Origin: an uncultured delta proteobacterium
GTDB taxonomy: Bacteria > Myxococcota_A > Polyangia > Polyangiales > Polyangiaceae
Assembly: GCA_963841435.1 (NCBI GenBank)
Contig: CAWJCS010000005.1
Location: 1,632,001 to 1,696,000 of the forward strand
DNA: 64,000 nucleotides
Direction of reading: 5' to 3'
Below the pieces are notes generated by a model, which was not told where the DNA came from, made no database searches, and saw nothing but the letters and a program-made list of their open reading frames with translations. Within the stretch, counting starts at the first letter, position 1, and the number at the start of each line of letters is the position of its first letter. Made by a program: the position numbers and the translations under genes. Below are positions 9,541-18,931 of the stretch, piece by piece.

Positions 9541-10707
9541 TCAGAACATCGCGCCGAGCTCGAGCACGAACGCGTATTGCTTGGACTCGCCCGTGAGCGT
9601 GGCCTTGTCCTCCGCGTTCGGCTGCGCGCTCGAGGGGGGCATCATGTCCATCATGAGCTGGCCACCCACCATCACCATCTCGTAACGGTAATTCACGCCG
9701 CCGATGAGCCGGTGGCGGCGGAGGCGCACCGGGTCGAACACGGTGTTGTTGTTGAAGTCGAACGGTTGCCCACCGTTGCACACGGGCCCGCCGTCGTACA
9801 CGAGGTCGCCCTGGCCGTTCATGCCGCTCGTCTTGTTCACGTCAGGATTGCCGGGGACGGCATTGCCGGAATAGTTGCAGGCCTGGATGGCGTCGGTGCC
9901 GGGCGTCAGATCGATGAGCCCCGAGTCACCGAAGATGAAAAGGTACTGGTAGCCGACCCACGGCGTGATGACCGACGAGCTCGCGATGGGAAACGGCTTC
10001 GAGATCTGGGCGTCGAGGCCCATCACCGTGAGCTGGAACTGGGATGTGCCCGTGATGGTGCGGACCCCCGCGCCGACCGCGATGTCCGGCAGGATGCCCG
10101 GGATGCCCGTGCGGAAGCCCTCGAGCAGTGAAATCCGCGTGTCGGCGCCACCCGTGACGATGCTCGTGAGGGGCATGAAACCGACGGCGGCCGTGAGCTC
10201 GAGCCCGAAGCCGAAGCTTTTGCGAAACTTCAGCGAATAGACCTGGAGCAGACCCGGCGGATTCGTGTTCACGCTCGACGCTTCGTTCGTGATCGGATTG
10301 CGCGTGCCCTGCGTGCCCTCGCGCCAGTAGTAGCGCTCGTCGCTGATGGAGGAGTACGCGGCCTCGATGGAGAGGTGGAAGCCGCCGAAGCCCGTCGTGC
10401 GCGCCGAGTGCATCGCCGTCGGCGCGAGCGCGAAGCCGTATTGGCTGATGAGCTTGGTGAACGCGGCGTCGTCGGGCGAGCAGGGGGTCGTGCGACCGTC
10501 GATGATGCCGGGTGGCGTGGGCGTGTACTCGCCGAAGGTGCCGGGGCTCGCGGCGCCGGCCCCGCCGTGGCAGCGCGGATCCGTGACTAGCCGCTCGAGC
10601 GCTGGGTCGAGCGGGTCAGCATGGGCGTCTACGCCCGCCCCGAGGACGACGACGCCCAGTACGAAGGCTGTGGCGAGGCGGGCGATCATCGAGCGCGGCT
10701 CCGGCAC
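9541..10707 (-). CDS. Hypothetical exported, probably outer-membrane protein
   Basis: Signal peptide (AHA), amphipathic beta-strands, C-terminal Phe. Confidence 0.75.
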   Translation of the reverse strand: MPEPRSMIARLATAFVLGVVVLGAGVDAHADPLDPALERLVTDPRCHGGAGAASPGTFGEYTPTPPGIIDGRTTPCSPDDAAFTKLISQYGFALAPTAMHSARTTGFGGFHLSIEAAYSSISDERYYWREGTQGTRNPITNEASSVNTNPPGLLQVYSLKFRKSFGFGLELTAAVGFMPLTSIVTGGADTRISLLEGFRTGIPGILPDIAVGAGVRTITGTSQFQLTVMGLDAQISKPFPIASSSVITPWVGYQYLFIFGDSGLIDLTPGTDAIQACNYSGNAVPGNPDVNKTSGMNGQGDLVYDGGPVCNGGQPFDFNNNTVFDPVRLRRHRLIGGVNYRYEMVMVGGQLMMDMMPPSSAQPNAEDKATLTGESKQYAFVLELGAMF

Positions 10708-10836
10708 CGAGCGGCGAGGCTACTAACCGGCCGGGATCCGCGTCAAGCGCGCGGAAAGCAACGCCGTCCCCGGAGCCCCGGGACGGCGCGGACCTCGGCG
10801 GTGCTACGCTCGGGCTCCCGCGAGGCAGCGAGAGCG

Positions 10837-11259
10837 ATGACGGGCATCGATCGTGGCGCGTTCCTCAAGCTCGGCCTGGGGCTCACGGCCGCCCTCGCGG
10901 GATGTGGCTCGGGCGACGACGCCTCCTCGCCCGGCGGGGGCCGGGGTGGCGCCGGTGGCAGCGGCGGGGCCGGGGCGGGCGGCGGCGGCAGCGGGGTGAC
11001 GGCTTGCACCACCGACGCCGCGCTCACCCAGACCAGCAACAACACGCACGATCATCTGCCGCTCACCCGTCCCATCACGGCGGCGGACCTCAACATGAAC
11101 CTGCCCACCGAGTACGCGCTGCCGAACGAGTCGGGGCACATCCACACGCTGACCTTCACCGCGCAAGACTTCGCGGCGCTACGGGCCGGGACGACGATCT
11201 CGAAGACCTCGAGCGTGGACCAGGGTCACTCCCACGCGTACGACATCCGCTGCGTGTAG
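10837..11259 (+). CDS. Small Tat-like lipoprotein with three HxH motifs, putative metal binder
   Basis: DRGAFLK, lipobox LAGC, Gly linker, HDH/HIH/HSH motifs. Confidence 0.7.
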   Translation: MTGIDRGAFLKLGLGLTAALAGCGSGDDASSPGGGRGGAGGSGGAGAGGGGSGVTACTTDAALTQTSNNTHDHLPLTRPITAADLNMNLPTEYALPNESGHIHTLTFTAQDFAALRAGTTISKTSSVDQGHSHAYDIRCV

Positions 11260-11835
11260 ATGCCGCCCGTCGCCGAGCACCACGAGCGCCTCAGAGCGCC
11301 GGCCCCCACGCGGCCGTTCCACGTCGTGCTCGTCGAGCCCGAGATCCCGCCGAACACGGGCAACGTGGCCCGGCTCTGCGCGGGCACCGGCTCCACGCTG
11401 CACCTCGTCGGCAAGCTCGGCTTCCGCATCGACGAGCACGCCGTGCGCCGCGCGGGACTCGACTACTGGCACCTCGTCGACGTTCGAACGCACGAGACAC
11501 TCGCCGCCGCGGAGCGCGTCATCGAGCAAGCAGCGCGAAGCACCGCGGCGGCGCCCCCGCGCGCCGAACCCGCCGCCCCGCCGCGTTTGTGGCTCTTCAG
11601 CGGCCGTGCGTCGAAGAGCTACCTCGACGTGCCCTTTGCGCCCGGCGATGCGTTCGTCTTCGGCAAGGAGAGTGTCGGCTTGCCCGACGCGCTGCTCGAG
11701 GAGCGTGCAGAAGCCGTGCTCGGGATTCCGCTGCTCGGTCCGGTGCGCTCACACAACCTCGCAAACTCGGTGTCGATCGTCGTCTACGAAGCGTTGCGGC
11801 AGACCGGGCAGCTCGTGAGAGCGCGGCTCGAGTAG
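11260..11835 (+). CDS. trmL: tRNA (cytidine/uridine-34-2'-O)-methyltransferase
   Basis: PEIPPNTGNVARLC, RRAGLDYW, FGKESVGL, RSHNLANS SPOUT motifs. Confidence 0.92.
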   Translation: MPPVAEHHERLRAPAPTRPFHVVLVEPEIPPNTGNVARLCAGTGSTLHLVGKLGFRIDEHAVRRAGLDYWHLVDVRTHETLAAAERVIEQAARSTAAAPPRAEPAAPPRLWLFSGRASKSYLDVPFAPGDAFVFGKESVGLPDALLEERAEAVLGIPLLGPVRSHNLANSVSIVVYEALRQTGQLVRARLE

Positions 11836-11900
11836 GCAGCGTGGACCGAGGCCGCGCGCCCGCTGGCGGGGCGTCGTACGGGCCGAGCGCCGTCGGGCAT

Positions 11901-13715
11901 TCAGCGAACGGTGACGGTTGGGACGGCCGCCCGAAAATCGGCGTGGACGCTGCGCTGCGCGCCGGCCGCTAGCGTCACCTGGCTCGTGACGGGCGACCCG
12001 TACGTCTCGCTCCGGAAGCTCACGCGGTAGGTCCCCGGCACGAGCGGCAGCGCGCGCAACGGTGTGGGGCTCGTCTGCGTGAAGCCGCCGCCCTCCACGC
12101 TGACGATCGCGGGTGGGTCCGCCGTGATCTTGAGCGTGGCGCTCCGGACCTCCGCGGGCGCGACGGTCGTGGTCGCGCTCGGCGTGGGTCGCTCGGGCAA
12201 GGGGGCCGAGGGCCCCGAGCCCTGCTGAAGGCCCGACTTTTCCGGGTTCCGACCGGTCGGGGCGGGCTCCGGAGTCGCCTCGGGGGCGGCGGGCTCGGCA
12301 GCGGGCAGGGGGTGGTCCGAGGCCGCGGGGGAGTCAGGGGCCGTCGCCGGCGCCGTGGCGCCCTGTGGGGGCACGCCGCTCGCGGGGGGGGGCGTTGCGC
12401 GCCTGGCGAGCGTCGCACCGAGCACCGCCGCGGCGACGACGCCGAGGCCGAGCGGCACCGGACCGACGCGGAAGCGCCGTCCGCCCCGCGGGGCTACCGA
12501 CCGGGCGCCGGGAGCCGCGGACGGCGGACGGCTCGAGAGGCGGCGCGTGTGGTCGCCGGCGCGCTCGCCGCCCGTCGCGATGTCGTTGGAGGTCGAGCGG
12601 ACCCGGGCGCCGCTCCCGAGGGTCGGCGAGCTGCTCGGCGCGGAAGGCGAGCTACTCGGCGTGGACCCGGGCGGAACGCTGCTGAGCCTGCGTGTCCACT
12701 CGACCATCTCGTCGCGCGCGGCAAACGTCCTCGTGGCGGTGGTCGAGCCGGTCGGCGTCACGAGCGGCGGTGTGGAGTCGCGAACCGACGCGGCCTCGAC
12801 GCCGTCGCCGTCGGGCACCGGGCTTGCGCGCGGGCGCAGTCGGTCCCTGACGCGGCGCACCCTCGCGCCGAGCCGCCGCGCGATTTCTCCGCTGTCGGCG
12901 CTGCGCGCGAAATCACGCAGGCCTCGACCGAGCTCTTCGGCGCCTGCGGGTCGCCGGGCGACGTCGAGCGCGACCGAGCGGGAAATGAGCTCGTCGAGCG
13001 GCGCGAGCCCGGGCACGCTTTCGCCGAGCGCCGGGGGAGGCACGGTGAGAGCCTTGGCGCTCGCTTCGGCCGTGCCGCGGCGAAACGGTGCGAGGCCCGT
13101 CCAGGTCTCGATGAGCAGCGCCGCCACCGCGAACACGTCCGCGGCCGGCGTGAGGGGCTCACCGCGCAGCTGCTCGGGCGGCATGTGCCCCGGCGATCCG
13201 AACACCTCTCGGGTGCGCCCCGTGCCGGGATCGGCGGGCGCCGCGATGCCGAAGTCGATGAGCCTGACGGCGCCCTCGTCGTCGAGCAGCACGTTGCGGG
13301 GTGTTACGTCGCGGTGGACGATGCCGGCGCGCCGGTGCGCGTAGTCGAGCGCGCGGCACACCTCCGCGCCGACGACGGCTCCCTCCTCCGGGTCGAGCGG
13401 CCCCGTGTGCGACAGCACCTCCGAGAGCGTAACGCCCGGGCAGTGCTCCATCGCGATGTAATAGATGCCCTGCTCGACGCCGAGCTCGTAGACGGGCACG
13501 ATATTGGGATGGTTGAGCTCGACGGCCGTCTTCGCTTCCTCGACGAAGCGGCGCACGAAGGCCGCGTCGACGGCGAGCTCCGGGCGGATCTGCTTGACGA
13601 CGAGACGCTTTTCGAAACCGACGGCCCCGCGTAGCGTGGCGAGATACACGCGCGCCATGCCACCCGCCGCGATCTCGCGTTCGAGCACGTACTTCCCGAA
13701 GATCTGCGGGAACAT
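11901..13715 (-). CDS. Hanks-type Ser/Thr kinase with TM and PEGA-like C-terminus
   Basis: GGMARVY, VVKQ, HRDVTPRN, DFG, MPPEQ; TM helix; Pro-rich linker. Confidence 0.92.
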   Translation of the reverse strand: MFPQIFGKYVLEREIAAGGMARVYLATLRGAVGFEKRLVVKQIRPELAVDAAFVRRFVEEAKTAVELNHPNIVPVYELGVEQGIYYIAMEHCPGVTLSEVLSHTGPLDPEEGAVVGAEVCRALDYAHRRAGIVHRDVTPRNVLLDDEGAVRLIDFGIAAPADPGTGRTREVFGSPGHMPPEQLRGEPLTPAADVFAVAALLIETWTGLAPFRRGTAEASAKALTVPPPALGESVPGLAPLDELISRSVALDVARRPAGAEELGRGLRDFARSADSGEIARRLGARVRRVRDRLRPRASPVPDGDGVEAASVRDSTPPLVTPTGSTTATRTFAARDEMVEWTRRLSSVPPGSTPSSSPSAPSSSPTLGSGARVRSTSNDIATGGERAGDHTRRLSSRPPSAAPGARSVAPRGGRRFRVGPVPLGLGVVAAAVLGATLARRATPPPASGVPPQGATAPATAPDSPAASDHPLPAAEPAAPEATPEPAPTGRNPEKSGLQQGSGPSAPLPERPTPSATTTVAPAEVRSATLKITADPPAIVSVEGGGFTQTSPTPLRALPLVPGTYRVSFRSETYGSPVTSQVTLAAGAQRSVHADFRAAVPTVTVR

Positions 13716-13719
13716 CGCG

Positions 13720-15687
13720 GTTCACCATGGTAGCGCGTTCCTCGCCCTGTCGCTTTTTATCGGATGTGGGGAAAGGGACGCACGGGTCACGACCGTCGGC
13801 GTGGCGGCACACCAGCTTCCGGGCTGTCCGCTGCCGAACGAAGGCGCGGACTTCACGCTCGAGCTCACGGCGCTCGGGGCGTTCCGCGCGAGCCAAAAGG
13901 ACATGAGCACCGTCGCGCTCGACCGCGACGGCGAGGCGCTCGAGTTCTCGCCCGAAACGCTCGGCGTCGAGGCCGCCGCCGACGATGGAGCAAGCCGTTT
14001 TATCGGCTATACAGAGCGCCGCACGTCTCGCGGCATCGACGTTTCTCTCTGGCCGGAGCGCCGCTCGTGCCCGCTCTTCGCATCCGACGACGACGACTAC
14101 CCCGGTGACGGTGGCGGACAGGCCCTCGCCTGGGCGCGCGAGCTCGGCGTCGCGATGATCGCCGGAGAAGACGCGGACGACGGCCGCGCCCAGAACGCGC
14201 TGACTTTCGAGCTCGATACGGGGGCGGTGCATCTGCACCCAGGCCCGCTGTCGACGGCGCATGCGACGCTCACGCCCTTCGCCGACGGCTTCTTGCTCGC
14301 GGGTGGCGAGGACCCCCACACGGGCAACGACGCCCGCGACCGGGTGCGCTCGCGGAGCGCCTTCGTCTTCCATGTGGACGCGCGTGAGTTCGACGCGTCG
14401 CCGATCCGGCTCTTGTGGGACCGGACCCGCCATGCGGCGCTCCGGCTCGCGAATGGGGCCACGCTGCTCGTCGGGGGCGTCACGAGCGCCGGCCTCGTGC
14501 GCGACCTCGAAGCCGTTTTCCCGGGCAGCGACATGTCGAGCTTCGTCGGGCTCGCCGCGCTCGACCTCGGGCGAGTCGACCCGGTCGCCCTGGCCCTCGA
14601 CGACGGCCGCATCGTCGTCGCAGGCGGGCGCTCCGAGCTCGACGAGCCGGTCAGCGAGGTCGAGTGGCTGTCGTCGGATGCCTCGCAGCACCTCGCGCGC
14701 GTCGCGTTGCCGGCCAGGCCGGACCGGGCGTTCGTGGCCACGCCGGGCGGCGGCGTGCTCAGCGTCGCCGGGTGCGCGAGCGAAGGGACGTGCACGAGCG
14801 GCGAGGCCAGCTGGATCGCGAGCGACTACGTCGTGAGCCAGGTCGAGCTCGAGCCGAGCACCAGCTGTCCGATTGGCGAGCACCCGCTGCTCGTCGCCGG
14901 TGCCGACGAAGCGCCGCTGCTCGCCTTCGTCTACCGCGACCTGCATGCCTGCACCTGGCGGTTCGAGCCGTGGCCCGGCGACGACGCCGAGCCCGCGCCG
15001 GGCGACGATCCGGGCCCGGAGGCCCACCCGCGCTTCGTGCCGGATTCGCTCACGCTCGATCCGTTGCCCGACCCCCGTGTGCGTCCACTCGCGCTCGGTC
15101 CTTCCGCGCTTTTCTGGGTTGCCGGGCGCACGGCGGGGCAGCGTGTCGGCGCGCTGCGGCTCGCGAGCCGCGGAGCGCTGTCGCGCGAAATCTCGCCGTT
15201 GCTCGGAGCGGACGCGAGCTCGGGTCGCTTCCACCCCGCTCACCTCCTGCCCGATCGCCCCCTCGATCCGGCGCTGCCCCACGCGTTCGATCGCGATCCC
15301 GTCGGAGGCGGCGGCGGTCTGTCGCTGTTCGCGCGCGACGCCGGGGTCACGTTCTGGGTCTCGAACACACTCTACGACGACATGACGTTGACCCTGGAGC
15401 TCGCATCAATCACCCCTGGGGGGGATGATCCACGGGCCGCACCGCCGCTCGTTCTGCTCGACGACACGGCGCTCGGCGGTCTCGGCTGCCCCTGGCCGCT
15501 GCCCGATGGCAACGACGACCCTCTGCCGCTCGCCACCGTGAGCGTCGTGCGTCGTGGCACGAAAGTCACGCTCGCGAATGCGGGAAAGCACCTCGAGTGC
15601 AGCGTGGGGCCAGGCCCCCTGCGACTCGGCGTGCGGCGAGGCGGAGGGGACGCGACGCTCGTCGCGCTCGACGTTGACCGCGATTGA
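13720..15687 (+). CDS. Hypothetical Kelch-like lipoprotein (start codon uncertain)
   Basis: Long ORF with coding-like codon use; FIGC lipobox-like motif; repeats HATLT..LLAGG, HAALRL..LLVGG, LDDGRIVVAGG. Confidence 0.65.
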   Translation, partial: VHHGSAFLALSLFIGCGERDARVTTVGVAAHQLPGCPLPNEGADFTLELTALGAFRASQKDMSTVALDRDGEALEFSPETLGVEAAADDGASRFIGYTERRTSRGIDVSLWPERRSCPLFASDDDDYPGDGGGQALAWARELGVAMIAGEDADDGRAQNALTFELDTGAVHLHPGPLSTAHATLTPFADGFLLAGGEDPHTGNDARDRVRSRSAFVFHVDAREFDASPIRLLWDRTRHAALRLANGATLLVGGVTSAGLVRDLEAVFPGSDMSSFVGLAALDLGRVDPVALALDDGRIVVAGGRSELDEPVSEVEWLSSDASQHLARVALPARPDRAFVATPGGGVLSVAGCASEGTCTSGEASWIASDYVVSQVELEPSTSCPIGEHPLLVAGADEAPLLAFVYRDLHACTWRFEPWPGDDAEPAPGDDPGPEAHPRFVPDSLTLDPLPDPRVRPLALGPSALFWVAGRTAGQRVGALRLASRGALSREISPLLGADASSGRFHPAHLLPDRPLDPALPHAFDRDPVGGGGGLSLFARDAGVTFWVSNTLYDDMTLTLELASITPGGDDPRAAPPLVLLDDTALGGLGCPWPLPDGNDDPLPLATVSVVRRGTKVTLANAGKHLECSVGPGPLRLGVRRGGGDATLVALDVDRD

Positions 15688-15736
15688 CGGTGCTGCGTGG
15701 GTCGCAGATCGCCGCCATGCCCGCGCGCCTCGTCTC

Positions 15737-17434
15737 TCAGCGCTTGAACAGGCGACCGAGCAGGCCGCCCTTTTCTGATGTGGAATCCTGCTTGGGGCGG
15801 CCCGGCTCGCTCGACCGCCCGACGGGGGGGTCGCTCTTCGCGCGACCACCGGTGCGCTGCATGTCGTAGAGGCGGATCTCGCGCTGTGCGTCGACGTTGC
15901 GCGGATCCTGATCGACGATGTACCGGAAGTCCTCGAGCGCGCGCCGCGCGCGGCCGAGGCGCTTGAGCAGCTGTCCGCGGAACCAACGCACGCGCAAGTT
16001 CGCCTGCTCGAGACGGGCCGCGCGGTCGAGCTCCTTGAGCAGGTGTTCGACGTCCGCATTCGGCTTGTTCGACTCGAGCCACGCTACCATGGCGATGTGA
16101 TCGGCTTGATCGGGCGCGTCGGTGAGGGCGGCGCGCGCGGCCTCCTCGGCCCCCGCGAGGTTGTTGCGCTTGAGCAGCACCTGCGCCTTCTGGAAGTTGG
16201 TGGCGGCGCGCACGATCTTCTGGACCTCTTCCTGCTCCTCGGCGGCGCCCTCACCGTGGCTCAGCAGCTCGTCGTATTGCCGGCGCCGCTCTGGGTCGGC
16301 GAGCACCTGATGCGCCTCGCTCATCCGCGCGAAGATCTTGGTCGCGAGCTCGCGCACGTCGGCGTACTCGGGGCCGAGCCTGTCGGGATGCCAGCGCTTG
16401 GCGAGCTGGAAATACGCCGCCGCGATCGAGGGGGGAGCGGCCTCGGGTGGGACGCCGAGAAGGTCGTAGTACGAGGCCTGGGTCGCCTCTGCGCGGGCCC
16501 GGAGGTCGCGCCGGAAGTCGTTGTCCACGGGCGCGGCGGGCTCGAGAGCTTGCGGCGGGTCCGCCGACGCGCCGCCCGGCGCGAGCACGGCTGCGCTGCG
16601 TCCGCCCGTGGCGCGCGGATCGGCGGCAAAAGGGCGTGCGCCCGTGGTGCGTGCGTCCGGGAGCGCGCTCGGTCGTTGCTCGGCGCCCACGGGCCGGGCG
16701 CCGCTTCCGATATCGAAGTAGCGAAGCGCGACGAACAGGTAGACGAGCTGTTCGGCGCGCCCCGAATCGACGAGGTCTCTCGCGACGAGCTCGGCGAGGG
16801 CCTGAGGCTTGGCGGCGAGCACCTCGACGAAAGCCCGCTCGTCAGCGTCGAAATCGAAGCCGGACAGCGGCGCATCGGCCTGGAAGTGAAGAGGCGTCGA
16901 ACCGAGCTTGGCGAGCATCTCTGCGATGCGATCCGCGGGCGGTGAGCACTTGAGCGCGCGCCACGCGAGCGCGAGCGGCGAGCACGGCGCCTCGGGGCCG
17001 CCGGCGTTCGCGAGGAACGTCGCGCCGTCGTAATAGCCATAGCGGGTGTCGCCGGGGAGCATCGCGAGGGACTCGACACGACGCGCGACCTGCTCCTCGA
17101 GCAGCTCGCCGAGCTGCTCGGGCGTCACCGCGCCCCACTCGAGGAGCACTTCGCCGAGGCGGCGCCCACCGTGACGCGCAAGCTCGATGGCAGGTCCGAG
17201 CCGCTCGCTCGTGAGGAGCCCTCGCTCGATGGTGAGCTCCCCGAGCGGCGCGACCGGGGTGGCCGTGCGCGCGGCGGTGGGCGCCCCCCGCAGCAGCTGC
17301 ACGGCGTGCTTCTCGCGCGTCGCCTGCTCGAGCACCAAAGACCCCGTCAGGTGCCGGTCGAGGGCATACACCAAGAGGTGGGCGAAGGGCGTTGAGGCGA
17401 GCGTTCCGCTGGCAGTGGGCGCTGTTTGGCTCAT
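15737..17434 (-). CDS. DUF4388-like / DnaJ-domain / TPR protein
   Basis: N-terminal GTLASTPFAHLL..LTGSL, J domain YYDLLGV..WHPDR, TPR-like C-terminus. Confidence 0.85.
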   Translation of the reverse strand: MSQTAPTASGTLASTPFAHLLVYALDRHLTGSLVLEQATREKHAVQLLRGAPTAARTATPVAPLGELTIERGLLTSERLGPAIELARHGGRRLGEVLLEWGAVTPEQLGELLEEQVARRVESLAMLPGDTRYGYYDGATFLANAGGPEAPCSPLALAWRALKCSPPADRIAEMLAKLGSTPLHFQADAPLSGFDFDADERAFVEVLAAKPQALAELVARDLVDSGRAEQLVYLFVALRYFDIGSGARPVGAEQRPSALPDARTTGARPFAADPRATGGRSAAVLAPGGASADPPQALEPAAPVDNDFRRDLRARAEATQASYYDLLGVPPEAAPPSIAAAYFQLAKRWHPDRLGPEYADVRELATKIFARMSEAHQVLADPERRRQYDELLSHGEGAAEEQEEVQKIVRAATNFQKAQVLLKRNNLAGAEEAARAALTDAPDQADHIAMVAWLESNKPNADVEHLLKELDRAARLEQANLRVRWFRGQLLKRLGRARRALEDFRYIVDQDPRNVDAQREIRLYDMQRTGGRAKSDPPVGRSSEPGRPKQDSTSEKGGLLGRLFKR

Positions 17435-17506
17435 GAGGCCCCCGGGGCCTGACTCGACGGGAAGCGGAGCTTGGCTCGGACGGGCAGGATTGGCTAGCCT
17501 TTTTGC

Positions 17507-18883
17507 ATGCCGCGCGCGAACGTGCTCGTCGTCGACGACGAGCCGTCGATTCTGGGAACACTGAAAAAGGCGCTCAGCCTGGAGGGTTACTCGGTCGACG
17601 TGGCGGGAGGCGTCCGTGTCGCCGAGGAGCGGCTTGCAAAAAAGGACTACGATCTCGTGTTGCTCGATCTCGGGCTGCCCGACGGCGACGGGCTCGAGCT
17701 GCTCGAGCGCCTCACCGGGCGCGGCACCGAGGCTCAGGTGATCATGATGAGCGGCCACGGCACCATCGACGTCGCCGTGCGCGCCGTGCGTCTGGGTGCC
17801 CTCGACTTTCTGGAAAAGCCGCTCTCGACGGATCACCTGCTCGTGATGCTCGAGAACGCGCTCAGGCTGAAGCGCATCGAGCGGGAGGCCGCCGAGCTGC
17901 ACGCGGAGGCCGGCCACTTCGACGAGCTCTTGGGCTCGAGCCCGGCGATGGTCGAGCTGCGCGACAAGGTGCTGCGCGCCGCACGCTCGAGCGCGAGTGT
18001 GCTCATCACGGGCGAGCGCGGTACCGGCAAGGAGCTCGTGGCGCGGGCGCTGCACCGCGCCTCGTCGCGCGCCAAGGCAACCCTGGAACGGCTCAATTGC
18101 GCTGCCGTTCCCGCCGAGCTCATCGAAAGCGAGCTGTTCGGCCACGAGGCGGGCGCATTCACGGGCGCCACCAAGCAGCGCGCCGGCAAGTTCGAGCGCG
18201 CCGACGGAGGCACGCTCTTCCTGGACGAGGTGGGCGACATGGCGCCCGGCATGCAGGCGAAGCTGCTGCGCGTGCTCGAGGAGCGCGAGATCGAGCGCGT
18301 TGGCGGCAGCGAAACGTTGAAGATCGACGTGCGCGTCGTCGCCGCCACCAACCGTGACCTCCGCGAGGCGATCCAGAGCGGCGCCTTCCGCGCCGACCTG
18401 TTCGATCGGCTCAACGTCCTGCCGCTCGAGCTGCCGCCGCTGCGCGCGCGGCGCGGCGACGTGCCCGAGCTCGTGCAGCATTTCCTCGACATCGCGCGGC
18501 GCACCAACGCGCGCCCGGGGCTCACGCTCGACGACGAGGCGATCGCCGCGCTCGCGAGCCACCCCTTTCCCGGCAACGTGCGCGAGCTCAGAAACCTCGT
18601 CGAACGTTTCGTGATCCTGAGCCCCGACGACCGCGTCGGGCGGGCCTTGGTCGAGCGCGCGCTGGGGCTCGCCTTGCCGCGTGTCGACGCCGGTTTGTAC
18701 CGTGACGGGGTCCCCTTCAGGGTGCTCTCCGAAGACGCCGAGCGCACCATCTTGCGCGAGGCCCTCGAAGCCCACGGCGGCCAGATGGCGGCGACGGCCC
18801 GCGCCCTCGGCCTCGAGCGCAGCCACCTCTACAAGAAGACGCGCGCGCTCGGTCTTCGCGGCGAAAAAGACGGCGACGAGTAG
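17507..18883 (+). CDS. Sigma54-dependent response regulator (NtrC/NtrX-like bEBP)
   Basis: REC domain (VVDDE, LLD, EKP), Walker A GERGTGKE, GAFTGA, FLDEV, PGNVREL, Fis-type HTH. Confidence 0.95.
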   Translation: MPRANVLVVDDEPSILGTLKKALSLEGYSVDVAGGVRVAEERLAKKDYDLVLLDLGLPDGDGLELLERLTGRGTEAQVIMMSGHGTIDVAVRAVRLGALDFLEKPLSTDHLLVMLENALRLKRIEREAAELHAEAGHFDELLGSSPAMVELRDKVLRAARSSASVLITGERGTGKELVARALHRASSRAKATLERLNCAAVPAELIESELFGHEAGAFTGATKQRAGKFERADGGTLFLDEVGDMAPGMQAKLLRVLEEREIERVGGSETLKIDVRVVAATNRDLREAIQSGAFRADLFDRLNVLPLELPPLRARRGDVPELVQHFLDIARRTNARPGLTLDDEAIAALASHPFPGNVRELRNLVERFVILSPDDRVGRALVERALGLALPRVDAGLYRDGVPFRVLSEDAERTILREALEAHGGQMAATARALGLERSHLYKKTRALGLRGEKDGDE

Positions 18884-18931
18884 CCGCGCGCCCGCGTGCG
18901 GCGTTTCTTCAGAGCACCGGTGCGCGCGCCG

